Source of the DNA: Dipteris shenzhenensis
Taxonomy: Eukaryota
Assembly (NCBI GenBank): GCA_047967505.1
Contig: CM106538.1
Strand: one strand, 5' to 3'
Length of the DNA: 64,000 nt
A program made the position numbers and the translations under genes. The notes beneath the pieces were generated by a model that worked only from the letters and a program-made list of their open reading frames with translations, made no database searches and was not told the DNA's origin. Of this stretch, positions 1 to 13,149 are shown piece by piece (positions within the stretch are counted from its first letter, which is position 1; each line of letters starts with the position of its first letter).

Positions 1-136
1 GAAAACTTCCCCTTTACTGGCATGATGACTCATTGACTACAAAGAAGAGGCAAATCTGCTGGTATTCAAATATTATACTCAAACCTTCTAGAAACCAAGA
101 ACTCGACTAAATTCGAGTACCAAAACTTGATTTAGT

Positions 137-1222
137 ATATACCTAGATGAATCCAGGAACATTCCCAAACTCATCCTCTAAAAACACAACATAGTGTAGT
201 TTCAATCTCACGATACTCACTCATAAGATTGAAAACCATAAACTCCATCATGCATAGCAGGGACTAGCTACTATGACATCCCCGCTGACGTCATTAGCGT
301 CCAACAGTGGGTGTAGACTATGCATAGTATAAACATATGCTCTCACACATACAAATCCACACACCCACACATACTTTAGCATCCATTTATACAAAGTCTT
401 CGCACTGAGTTTCTATCGGCACTCCGTAGGTGAAGGGCAAACTCAGCCATGACGAAGGCTAGCACTAAAGGAGAAGGCTAACCAAAAAGTAGTCCAAATC
501 TCTTCATTCAAGCTACAACTCCTTGTGAAGTCTAAATGGTTTCATTTTAGTCTCTCCCAAACGAGCATCTAAATCTAGTTGATAGGGCAACACACCATTT
601 AAGATAGAAAGAATTATCACAATACCAGCAGGCCGCAACTTGGACAAAAACTTCAGAAGGTGAAATTTGCATGTCCACTAATACGGCAAAAGCATATACC
701 TAGATGAATCCAGGAACATTCCCAAACTCATCCTCTAAAAACACAACATAGTGTAGTTTCAATCTCACGATAGTCACTCATAAGATTGAAAACCATAAAC
801 TCCATCACGCATAGCAGGGACTAGCTACTATGAGATCCCCACTGACATCATCAGCGCCCAACAGTGGGTGTAGACCATAGTATAAAAATATGCTCTCACA
901 CATACAAATCCACACACCCACACATACTTGAGCATCCATTTATACAAAGTCTTTGTACTGAGTTTCTGTCGGCACTTCGGAGGTGAAGGACAAACTCAGC
1001 CATGACCAAGGCTAGCACTAAAGGAGAAGGCTAATCAAAAAGTAGTCCAAATCTCTTCATTCAAGCTACAACTGCTTGTGAAGTCTAAACGATTTCATTT
1101 TAGTCTCTCCCAAATGAGCATCCAAATCTAGCTGATAGGGCAACGCACCATTTAAGATAGAAAGAATTATCGCAATACCTGCAGGCCGCAACTTGGATGA
1201 AAACTTCACAAGGTGAAACTTG
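137..1222. repeat. Tandem duplication of a ~530-bp segment (copies 137-669 and 694-1222)
   Basis: Both copies start ATATACCTAGATGAATCCAGG and end GGTGAAAYTTG, with high identity throughout. The start-to-start offset is 557 bp. Confidence 0.95.
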
Positions 1223-3933
1223 ATTTAGTAGTCCAACATTGGTTAAGAGGATCAGAGACTTCAACTCACGTGGGCAGAGGATAGAGTTTGGTGTCCTAGA
1301 AATGCAAGCCATAAACCATAAACCAAATGATATGATTCCAATCAGACATGCTATTAAATTTTCATATTGGATGTACGACTAAAAATCAATTAAACACATT
1401 AAAAGGGGAATAAACATTCATCAGGGCCTACATTATCTTCACAAAGCTCTGCCAACGTTTACACAGGCATATCCACATACTAGATAGAAAAGAAAGTGAT
1501 GCATAGTGTGACATGAGATATATCTTACAAAAGCAGAACAGCTTAAAGACAACGGTCCTGGCACAATGTAGAGAGGATAAGACAATCATCCTCCAAATAC
1601 CAAAAGAACTCACATTATCTCAAAAACACAGTTCCCAGTGAAAGCTGAACTACATCTATGACCTGATCATTACAAATCAGAATTAACTATCTTGATGAAG
1701 GAATCCCAACCCAAGAACCTTCTTCTTTGATTATATCAGTGGATCATCCCCAAGCGCATCTGGTGTATCACCTTGTCTATATATGCATGTAGATATCTGC
1801 ATGCAAATTTGCTGAAAATGTCAAGCATTACCTTCTCTACCAATCTTCACAAGAAACCTTAACACAATCGAATAGAGCTAACTGCTTAATCAATCAAGAC
1901 AGCAAAAAGCAACAAAAGACAGTTGAAAAAAAAAGACACGGCTTAATCTGATTTCTCCCCACAAAGCTTCACCTGTAGCACTGCAAGGAATGACGATGTA
2001 CCATAACAAGGAGCACTACGTTGGTGTAGTAGGATAGGAAATGCATGAGAAGAAAACAGTCATGAGAAGCCGGTAGAAGCTGCAAAATACTTCTCATAAA
2101 CTGCATAATCTTAGAAGGTTGCACACAGATGATGGAGAAAAACATAATGCAGGCTATTGAACTATGAAGAAACAAAGATCTTCAAAACAGAACAATCAAT
2201 GGTGCAAACAGAAGGAGCCTCTTTGAGCCAAGTATTTCTGGGAAAAAGTAACAATTGAGAATAGAAGCTTGGAGAAACAGAGCTCTCATCAAAGTTTAAG
2301 AGTGTGGACTGAGATCTCTAGATAAAAGGCATGGGTTGACACAGTACTTTGCTGTTAATAGATGAAGTATAACATTTCTCTAAAAGTTTAACTCTTATCC
2401 CATCATTTTTGGCACAGTTATGCTCTTTCAGATACTTCTCATGTGCACATGTGTTTTACTCTGAGTTGTATTTATGCATGTGTCTCATGGAAGCTCGCAA
2501 ACATGAGTGAGCATGTGCTAAAAGGTACAATTACACTTTTAGTTGTTCTGCAACCAGTATATAGCTCACATACCTTACTACTTGACTCTGTACTCAGGTA
2601 GCTCAAAGTCCAACTTCTAAAAGGAATTTAATATCCAATAGAAATAATGCATTTATACACTCTCCCTTAGGTTTAGCCTTCCTTGAGAGACTAATGCATC
2701 ACTTTGGACTGACCTGCAGGGAATATACACAGTAAAGACCAGAAAGATTTTTGGCCCATCCCTGAGACGTCAGAATTCTCTGAGACTCCAGCTGAAAGGA
2801 TTGTCATCATACCAATCTAGCTCATTCTGAACCATTCAGTGCGAAATCAGTAATCTTTAAGATTGCTGCAAGAGATGCCATGATAAACAATAAGTGCATT
2901 GCATCAGAAGCTTTGAAAGCGGACTTTTGTATTCTTGATCCTATTGACATTTCCAACTTTCATTATTCATCAATCAGGAAAAAAATCAACTTTGGAACAG
3001 AAATCCAATTATGAAAAACTCACACTTCAACAGTGAACTTGAGGAGCCATTACAAGTTTTTGATTCAACAAGGCATGTTGGTACGTTTTGACATTGATTG
3101 GGGCTTTGCTCTCATCTTCAGATGCTAGCTACATTGTTGCACCCCATGTTCGGGATTCTAACTGGAGGCTTCAGGCAAATCTCCAAATCATTACTGGAGA
3201 CAATTCCAGTCAGCATACAGAGATGCCTCTCTCTTTCATTTGGTTTCATGCTACTGCATATCAGCTCAAGGAGGGGCACATAATTTTTCTTCTCCTTGAA
3301 AATTTCCCCTTGCCAATGGTTAACTGAGGACTCGAATGCACGTTTTCCACCTATTTACAGGAGGAAATATGGGGGTAGGTTATCAAGTTATGTTCGAAAT
3401 ACAAATGGAGACTCCCGAGACTTCTGGGAATGAGCTATTTAATCCATGCAAGCTACTAAGATGGTGCACGGAAATTGAGTGTCTCGCTTGGAGGCAGACA
3501 AGTGATTCCTGTTGGGAATCTAAGCATTACGTACTGAATGACAAAATTGCCATCTGAGTGTTTTCTCACTGCTACCATATGGGGCAGCAACAAACACCAG
3601 TGACCGCTTCAAGTCTGCTATGTGAGCCATGGAATAGTTTCAAATGAGTTAAAAACTACAGAAATGGACACAGAAAGATCTATTTCCACAAAACACTGCA
3701 GGTCACTCAACATTGGAAAGCAGAAATACTGCAGATCGCTCACATGATTTTTTGAATTTCCCTAGAGTAAAAATACCAGACCCATGCCATGAGACAAAGT
3801 ATATGAAAATCACCTTCACTAAATGATTGTGTTCTGGTGTCACAAACTCATCCAAATATGCACCAACAAATCCAACGTTGAATTGCACAGTTATGTGATT
3901 TTCATGGATTTCATTCTCCCTCTCATCATGCTG

Positions 3934-4571
3934 TTACCGTCTTTTTCCCTTGCCATCCCAAGCACTTGCTCCAAAGAAATAGACAACGTAGAGCAAAGCA
4001 GCAACAAATATTCGAACCGCTGTTTGTGCACGCTTGACCACACCTACAAAAAAAATTTGCACTCCAATCCATTGAGAACTTCATGACTCAATGATGACTC
4101 AAGACTTGATACTGTGCTGATTTGAATTTAATAATCCATATGTCAGGAGCCCATGAAATACATTCATTTGATCACAATAAGTGTTGCCTTAATAGTTGTG
4201 AAAACACGCACTCTCTATGCACACGTGTACGCGTAATTTTCTTCTCCTAGCTTTGTATAAATAATTTTCAATTTGTAACGATTGGGACAGATTTTTAACT
4301 CACCAAGAGAAACTCGCCTTCATGATACATGCAAGAAATAGATAAAATAAAAAATGTCTGATTCCTATCTCCTATCTCGTTAGTAAACTAAGAATAACTA
4401 AGACAACACACCCACACATGCGCGTGCACAAAAACAAACAAGTGAGTACAAGTACTCATGAGCACTGCCTTCAAATTGGTTCTGTCAAAGGAAAACAATT
4501 GTCAAGATGATTGGATGATTAATTTGCAACACATGTGATGGAAGCCCGTGCATAGGAAAGTCCGAATGATT

Positions 4572-4612
<41 letters not shown>

Positions 4613-5556
4613 ACCAAAATGGAAGGGGGCAACTTGGCAAGAAACTGTGTGGGACACTTTTTTACAAAAGTGTAACTATAGCGCTGCCCGGAAGGTAGTG
4701 CTAATAAAAATGGAGATCCTCGTGCACGCATGCATTAATGGGACCTCAAACTTTGAAATATAGTAACTACGTGAGAGATTGGTTGATCAGGTGCACATCA
4801 TGTTGTCACAGTCCTATGACATGTAGCCTGTAGATAAACTCGTAAACCTTCACCTTTTCAATAAATTTCATTTAAGAGAGGAGCATCTCTTGCATTTTTG
4901 TCCTAAACAAAAATTTATGGTGCTCGAATTACTTCACCTAAATCGCTTAACTGACCGCTATAGGCTAGGTGATTGGCAGAATGAACGCCAACTGACATCA
5001 AGGAAATTTTGTGAGAATTCTGAAATCCAACCCAAATTAGCTCTATATTTGCCCCCCAAAAACTGAATACTTCTAGAGGCTAAAAGACTTAAGCAACTGA
5101 GTATTCTGAATTGGAGTAATGAAATCACCAAGTCGCCTGCCCGTTCCAGCATTGCGGTGGTCCGTAAAACAAGTTAAAACAGGTCCCTAAGACAAGGAAA
5201 CGATCGAATCACTGACCTACTGCGGACTCACGCCCACTGCTTTCATGCTCGCTGCTGTCTCCGTCTCCGTCAGTTGCCATCGCTACCGCTGGTCGACTTG
5301 GGCCGGGCTTTAGCAAGTAAAGCTCTGTCGGCCGATAATTTCGGAGATAGGGCACTCTAAGGGATGACCAAAGCGAAGTGCTGGATTTCGATCTCGCATC
5401 CGACCGTCGGCAAATGGGAGTGCTATCCCAAGAGGGATTTGAGAGAACCATTCTCCAGGTAGTGGGAAAGACGATGGTCCGAGGAAGGGGAGGAAAGGCA
5501 AGTTTAATGTGCGGAGCGTGGAAGGGAAGAAGCGATTGGCATGGAATGGCAAGCAT
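3934..5556 (-). CDS. Two-exon gene (5556-5217, 4043-3934) for a 149-aa probably plastid-targeted protein with one C-terminal transmembrane helix
   Basis: The N-terminus is S/P/R-rich and transit-peptide-like, ending ...RPAVAMA. The donor GTAG|GTCAGT at 5217 joins the acceptor TTTTTTTTGTAG| at 4043 in phase 1. This gives ...ESAVGVVKRAQTAVRIFVAALLYVVYFFGASAWDGKGKRR*, 450 nt in total. Confidence 0.7.
4572..4612. repeat. Compound (TG)n(AG)n microsatellite in the intron
   Basis: Directly visible. Confidence 0.95.
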
Positions 5557-6820
5557 GGTGGCAATTGTGCAAGGCGAGCGCTGCGAAGCAAGGTGCTAAT
5601 AAGGAGCTCCCTGCCTGTTGTCCTGCGACCGTCGCGCTCTTCCTGGCTCTCTTGATTTCTGTTGTCTCGCTGTCTGTCTGCTGCAATACCCACACAAACT
5701 CAAATACAAAAGAACTAACCAAGCTGAAGCAGACAGAAAGATCTGTGGAGTCCTGCTGTTATCTCTCTCTCTCTCTTTCTCTCCGTCTCCGTCTCCGTCT
5801 CCCTCCCTGCTCCCAGCTCGCTACGGGTTGCAAATTAGCAAACTCACGAAGCTATACATTGAGCAGGTTCTTGAGCTCCACAGGCTCAAAGCAAAATATC
5901 AATGGAATTGAATCTCCACACTTTGGCTTTGCTTGCCGACTGTCGTCTCTTGGAATCTTCCAACCGTTCGTTTCACCTCCTTCGGACCTCTCTCGCCCGT
6001 TACCACCACAAGTGTAGCCTTGGGATCCTTCCATGGTGGTTCCCCCCTTTCTCCATCATACCCATCGTAGGCCCGCGCCCGGCCGCTCGCCCGCCCGCGC
6101 ACCGTTTCTTCATCACCCAATCATCAGGCTCTGCCAAGAATCAAACTCGCGCCGCGCTCAACAACTTTTACCACCACCTACGCACATTTGCTGTAATTTC
6201 GGCTCTACATTCATTACTTAATTTTATGTGTCCAACGTAGGGTAAGGCGGACAAACGATTTGGGGGTCTCACGCATCAGCGGACGCGTGTTTGGGGATTT
6301 GAGAGACATCATGCCCATCCCAAGATTTTTTCCACAATCATTTGATGGCAAAGAGTCTTCCAAACATTCCCACCTCCAATGCTGCATTGCCACCTCCATT
6401 CTCTCTCAAATTCAAATACACACACAATGAGGATACACGTTGGCTCTTGCTTTGGGTTTACATGGTGCATTGCCAATGGATCCCATGATTGTAATACGAG
6501 TGAGAATAACTCTCTGAATCCATATAGAATAGCACCCAAGGAATTTGCTTTACAGGGCTCTTTTGATTTGTATAACTCTTTCTTCTCTCGTCAAGGGCCG
6601 CGGTCAGTTGGAAGATCACTTCCACCATCCGATTGCAGGCTATTATACAGCAAAAGATCAATTGGATGCACTCGCACGTCACAATGAAGGGCAAATCTGG
6701 AATCTCGTTGGAAGATGAGCCGCAGCTCAACATCCAAGCGTGAATATGCACAGAATGCCAATGTGCCACTCAGAAATTTGAGTCTCCCATCTTGCCTCCC
6801 GCTTGCCCTTGACGTATGAC

Positions 6821-7227
6821 GTACGGTGCAAATTTTGGTATTTCTGACATAACCGGCGCATTCAAAACAGGCCAAAGTCCTCAGAATGACTTTTGAAACG
6901 CTAAAAACAGACCCTCGGAGGCTTGTAAAAGGATAAAAAGTCCTGGAAAGCGAGTTGTACTACAAATGAAAGCGATTTGACAAGGTGGCCAGGGAAAAGG
7001 CCAAAAAGGCCCGGAAAGCGTGCTGTACAAATAAAAGTGAATTTACAGGGTGGCGAAGGAGGCCACCCTGTCAAATCGCTTTCATTTGTATAGCACGCTT
7101 TTCGAGCCTTTTTGGCCTTTTCAGGGCCTCCGGGGGTCTGTTTTCAGGGTTTCAAAAGTCATTCTGGGGACTTTGGTCCACTCTAGACGCGTCGACTATG
7201 TCAAAAATACCAAATTTTGCACCATAC
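6821..7227. mobile_element. Fold-back / MITE-like element (~400-bp imperfect palindrome)
   Basis: The left arm GTACGGTGCAAATTTTGGTATTTCTGACATA...CAGAATGACTTTTGAAAC is the near reverse complement of the right arm GTTTCAAAAGTCATTCTG...TATGTCAAAAATACCAAATTTTGCACCATAC. TA lies at both ends, a possible TSD. Confidence 0.75.
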
Positions 7228-8614
7228 ATTAGGTATAATAAAGTCACTCAAGTATCCTCATTGAATGCAAACTCGGCAATATTTCTTTTTCTTTTCTTTT
7301 TGTGATTTTTTCCAATACATTACGTTGGCCCTCCTTTGATTGGTGGAGGGCTATTTTCCTTCTGGGCTAAAAGGCCCCTAAATGAGCTCTGATGTTTTCT
7401 AATGCTAAAGAGAACTTTATTAATCCACATAGGATTGCCTCTAGCTAAACTTGGAATACTTTAGCTTCTTTTTCTAGCAGAGACTACCTCGTTGAACAAC
7501 ATTGGTGAACTGCGTTCTTCTTAGACCAATTTTCCACCAAGACCTCTAGAGGTCCTTGCAAGAACCGGGGAACCAAATGAGTCTCAATAGCCCATGGAGA
7601 AATCTATCTCTAGAAACAACAAGAAGTCCGTGGATGGTCTTCCCAATAGATCTTGAATGTGAGATGTCATGGAGACTCCATAGTGCATGGCCAGTGGTTC
7701 CTCATCACAGTTGGACTCTACTAGGTCAATGTTAAGGATTACAATGTGTCATGTGGTTACACTACATCCACCTGTCCAACCTACCAACAACATAGGACTC
7801 CTTCCTCCTTGCATCCTTCCTTAGATCCTATCTCCATGGTAGGGCAAAGGCGGAGTCACGTGGTGTGATTGATATCGTAATTGGAGGACTTATTATTAAT
7901 AATGCCTTATTCATTGATGGATGTGACAGTTGATGTCTACATGCTTGACATCTAGTGTCTTTTTTCTTAGAGAACATCCTTGAAAAAGGAGCACCTAAGT
8001 GGACTATCCTCACCCTTGAGAAGTGAGAGCCTAAAATGGGTGACAATGTTCTAAAATTAGTGGAGAAAATCAGCCCCATAACTTCATTAAATGCTTGTTT
8101 TGATGCATGCAACTTTAGTAAATGGTGCAAAACAACATGATAATTATCTAATCATGTCTTTCCATTTGAATTGATATGCTAGATCACCCAATTTGGATTT
8201 ATTAATTAAAAGATATAACTTGTGAAAGTTTGAGATTCCCCCCCCCAAAAAAAAGAATACCATGGTTGCCTTGCTTTTTGTCCCACACACAAATGAGTGC
8301 CTATTTTTTTAACATTCACCTTTAAAAAAGAATTTGTTGACATCCACATTAAGTATACTTTTTTGGAATGTTTCGTTTGGATTTAAAATATTACATTGAT
8401 TATTACTTCACTAATTTGATTTAAATGTTTTGTAGGAAACACATGAAGAAAGTAAGAAATTGGCCGTTATCCAATAAGAGAAGGATTTAGAGAGCAAGCT
8501 ATAGCCATACCCCACAGTTGATAAAGATGGGAGAGCTCCCAAAGATTAGGCATGACAATGCCAAGTAGATAATTTAGTTACACTTTGAATTCAATTTTTT
8601 GCATTTTAGTATTG

Positions 8615-8617
<3 letters not shown>

Positions 8618-8664
<47 letters not shown>
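8618..8664. repeat. (GA)n microsatellite
   Basis: Directly visible. Confidence 0.97.
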
Positions 8665-8666
<2 letters not shown>

Positions 8667-9277
8667 AAATACCAAAGGATCCATGTGATCGAAAATAACG
8701 TTGTTACATTAGAGCACTAGGTGGGATTGCATAAAGCATATCCAAGGGAGTGAGTCAAACTCAACTCAGCTTATTACAGTTCTACACTATGATCTAATCT
8801 AGTATGATCACCACTCTATAACAAAGGGGCTTACATCAGTGTTAGACCAAGAGTCTTTAGGTTTAGATTTGAATTCCTTGTTGTGAGCCACACCCTCCCA
8901 ATATACCTGCCCATTTGCCAACTTGTCTTGCTTCTCAGACCTTATTTGACTCACTTGTCTTTTGACTCAGTTGTGCCTAAATGAGCTCCTTACTTTTTGT
9001 CCCTTTTACTTTATTCAACCAAAAAACAATGTTAAGTCTTGTAGCCATTATGCTAAGGTAAGTAGAGCATGGGTCCCAAATTGATGGATGTGCTTTACAG
9101 AGTATACTTCATCCATTCTAGCCATTTAATACCTGGGTCTACTCTGCCTTAATATAATCTATGCCATGGTCTTAGAAATTGAGTCTTCTTGCTTGTACTA
9201 GCCCTTAGGTAGCCCCTTGGTCTAATATTAAACACATTTTCATGCCTAGCGTCATGTTCCTTAACCTTTTTGTTGAC

Positions 9278-11084
9278 TGTCATATCCATCTATGGTAACC
9301 ACTATCTTTATGGAATGTACACCTACATTAATCATATTAATCATATAGTTCATTATAGTTCTATAGTAATCATATCCTTCATTGTAGAAACCAATTGAGG
9401 GTATGGGGAGAGGTCTTGTATGTTTATATTACGTCATCTATCAATGAGTGCTTCTCAGGCTTCCCAATCTTGGAGTCATGATTTCACTACTACGATCAAA
9501 TAATAGCCTGAGATCTTGAATCTCTTGTTAATATTGGCTCTTTGGTGGGTTCAACGATGGGTTTCTTTTCCCTTTGATATGTCTTCAAAGACATATGGAG
9601 TGGGGGTGTCAAAAACAAACATCCAAATGGATGATGGGTTGAAATAGGCCGTGAATAGCATGGCACCTAGAGGACTTTAGGATATTCACCCATCATGAGG
9701 GGGATAGTTGAAGGATGCTGGTACCTGAATTGCCCAAGTTTGAAGGCAGATACATGATTGAAGGAGGTGGTGCCATCTGGTGCTACCAAAGATGGGGCCT
9801 GTGTACCATGGTTGATTGCTTGTATGGGACTAGACCTCATGGAGTAGGAGCCACTCGATGAAAAGCCAAGAAGTGACATCGATACCAAAATGTTCCAAAG
9901 GGCCATGACATAAGAGCTGTTGGAGCATCTTCATTGATGGCAAGATGTGTTGGTGAGAGGAGGTGTTGGAAATTGTGTGGCCAACTCCGCATCTATAAGC
10001 CTGCATATGTGGAGAGCAAGGCGGGCGAGAACCAAGGAGTGATGTGGCTGCTAGATGGGTAGCACTTTGAATGCCATGTGGGTAGCTAGCTCATAACAAG
10101 AAAACAAGAAAGCATGGGGCTACCACACGGGTAGCACATGGACTTCCATGTGGGTAGCAAGTTCAGAGGAGTACTTGGCTATAAGTAGATGTCTACAAAC
10201 AACGATGCAGCACATAGGCCTCGATGAAAAATTGTCACAATGCCATGTGGCATGATCAAGATGGAGTACAACATGTGTATGACCTACTCTAGGGCTTGGA
10301 ACAGACCCGAATCTAAAGGCCTGGATTAGATCAATTTAAGGGCACGACTTCCTAGGCCACTGGTGGCTGCCTACCACATGGCTAGGTAGAACCTACAAAG
10401 GCATCCAAAAGTAAGCCAACCAGGTCAGCCAATAGGGTCTACCTTCTTCTTCAACTGAAATAGGATATTTGGCCAAATGTCTCCTACTAGGTTAGTTTAC
10501 TTGAGGGGCTTCTAGCCCTATAAAAGGGGAACCTCTAGGGATCATTCCACATGCACTAGAGCAACAAATGTCCAATAGATTGAGCAGCAATAGGAAGGCC
10601 TACATCTAGGTCTACAGGAGGCTAAAGAGCTGTATATAAATCTAAGAAGGGGTTGCATACCTAGGCTGACATCCAAAGAAGCAAGGTGTAGGGATCAAGG
10701 CATGATGACTAAGTCTATAAAAGCTAGATGAGGAGCATGTGAGCTTAGGAATCTAGAAGTGCTTAGGAGATAGTAGGACAAGTTTTGCCAAGAACCTAGG
10801 ATGACAGTTTGGTGGGACTCTAGACTCGTTTGTATTGTGCCTTGTTGTGAATGGAAATATATCGTTTGTTGGTTCCATTTCTCTCTTGTAACATTGTCCA
10901 TTTACTAGCTTGCACACATGGTATGTTTGTTGCGTACACACAAGTAAAGAAGTTTAGGATTCTGCATGAATTCTCGGAGACCTATCAATCCTCCACTATG
11001 GGATACCCTCAGTTTGGTTCATTTCTAATAGTCCAATTGGTATTATAATTTTCTCAATCCTTAAATATAATTAGGTTACAACAT
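9278..11084 (+). mobile_element. Possible solo-LTR-like sequence
   Basis: Starts TGTCA, ends GGTTACAACA and has an internal TATA-like CCTATAAAAGGGG near 10518. No matching TSD or partner LTR was found, and the left boundary is uncertain. Confidence 0.3.
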
Positions 11085-13070
11085 TTTCAACAAAGAATCA
11101 TACCCATTGATTCCATCTCAGTGCCATGCACATAGTTTTAAACCACGCATCATGCAAGATGTAAAATTTTCAACAAAGAATCATACCCATTGATTCCATC
11201 TCAGTGCCATGCACATAGTTTTAAACCACGCATCATGCAAGAGTGTTGAAAAATATGCATCGGTCTGATTCTAGCATATGTGCATGGCTTCAATGATACG
11301 ATACTTTGAATAAGCCTTGAGCTAATTAGGTTTAAGACTTTTGAAAAGTATCATACTTTTAATAAGACTTGAACTAAATAGGTTTAAGTCGTGTGCAAAG
11401 TATCATACCCATCGGGTCTCGTTTGCATGGTTGGGAATGTATATTCCTTGTTTTCAACTATGCATCATGCAGTGTGGTTTTGGCATATGTGGGTGGATCC
11501 AATGGGTATGATACTTTGAAAAGGGCTTAAACTAAGTAGGTTTAAGGCCTCTGAAAATTTTCATACCTATCGGGTATCATTTGCGCATGGATGGAAATGC
11601 ATATCTCCTTATTTTCAACCATGTATCATGCATGAGTGTTACAAAGTATGTAACGATGTGATTTAGCATATGTGTGTGGCTATGATGGGTATGATACTTA
11701 TCACAGGACTTAAACTTAGAAGGTTAAGGCCTTCACAAAGTATCATACCCATCAGGTCTCATTTTCATGGCTGGGAATGCATATTTCCTTGTTTTCAACC
11801 ATGCACCATGCATGAGTGTTGAAAAATATGCATTGGTGTGCTTCTAACATATGTGCATGGATATGGTGGGTATAATATTTTTCATAGACCTTAAAATAAG
11901 TAGGTTTGCGGCTTGTGTCAAATTCTCAATGGTTGGGAATGCAAAATTTCTTTGTTTCCAACCACACATCATGCACGAGTGTTGAGAAATATGTATCAAT
12001 GTGCTTTTGGCATATGTGTGTGGCTTCTGATGGGTAGGATACTTTTCAAAAGCCTTAAAATAATTAGGGTTAAGAACTTTCCAAAGTATCACACCCATCC
12101 GGTCCCATTTTCATGGTTGGGAATGCATATTTTCTTATTCTCAACCACGCAGTACTAAAATATATGCATCAGTGTGGTTTTGGTGTATGTGTGTGGCTTT
12201 GATTGGATATGATACTTTGAACAAGCCTTAAAATAAGTAATTTTAATATTTTGGCCCTACAAGGGTTCTTACGGGTGAACCCGCTTGGTTTCCGTAATGA
12301 GGTCCATTCCCACTTTTTGTCAGTACTTGGTCAATTTGACCATGTTAAGTTTGGCTAAAACATGTATTTAGTGGGTGTTTAGTTGGTATTTAGGTTTTTA
12401 AAAGGGATAATAGGGAGCATCACACCCATTGGTCTCATTTTCATGGTTGAGAATGCATATTTCCTTGTTTTCAACCATGCATCATGCATGAGCATTGAAA
12501 AATATGCATCAGTGCGCTTCTAGCATATGTGTGTGGCTTCGATGGTTATGATACTTTTCAAAAGTGTTTGAGTAAGTAGGTTTAAGGATTTTCTAAAGTA
12601 TCACACCTATCCAGTCTCATTTTCATGGTTGGGAATGCATATTTCCTTGTTTTAAACCACACATAGTGCATGAGTGTGCAAAAATATGCATTGTTGTGGT
12701 TTTGGCAAATCAATGTGGCTACAATAGTTATAATAAATTAAAAAAGCATTAAATTAAGTATTTTAGAGTATGTTTCAGATTATGACACCTGTCGAGTCTC
12801 ATTTTCATGGTTGGGAATGCATATTTCCTTGTCTTTAAGCACATTCATCAAAGAGCATTGAAAAATATGGATCGGTGTGCGTTTGGCTATGTGTGGCTAT
12901 GATGGGTATGATACTTTGCAAAGGTCCTAAATTCAGTAGCTTTAATTATTGTGCAAAATATCATACCCATTGGGTCTCATTTGCATGGTTGGGAATGCAT
13001 ATTTTCTTGTTTTTAAATACACATCATTCATGAAAAATATGCATACTGTGGTTTGGGCATATGTGTGTGT
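11085..13070. repeat. Tandem array of about 10 diverged ~180-bp monomers with internal dyad symmetry
   Basis: The motif TATCATACCCAT...TCATGGTTGGGAATGCATATTT recurs at about 11401, 11561, 11741, 12087, 12420, 12599, 12781 and 12959; the last four are 180 bp apart. An unrelated insert interrupts the array at about 12250-12415. Confidence 0.92.
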
Positions 13071-13149
13071 CCACCCACAAACCCTAATCCAAGTAAGTAT
13101 TCATGTCACCTCTCTCACAGTTTTGGTTATTTTTAGTTTAGTGTTTATA

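Noticed and set aside
5541-6240. Divergent plus-strand gene in the GC-rich region
   Set aside because: The overlapping short ORFs have no recognisable domain or convincing splice structure. It is more likely promoter/5' UTR of the minus-strand gene.
11085-13070. CRISPR-like reading of the palindromic repeat array
   Set aside because: The whole monomer is repeated with no unique spacers, the context is eukaryotic and there are no cas genes.
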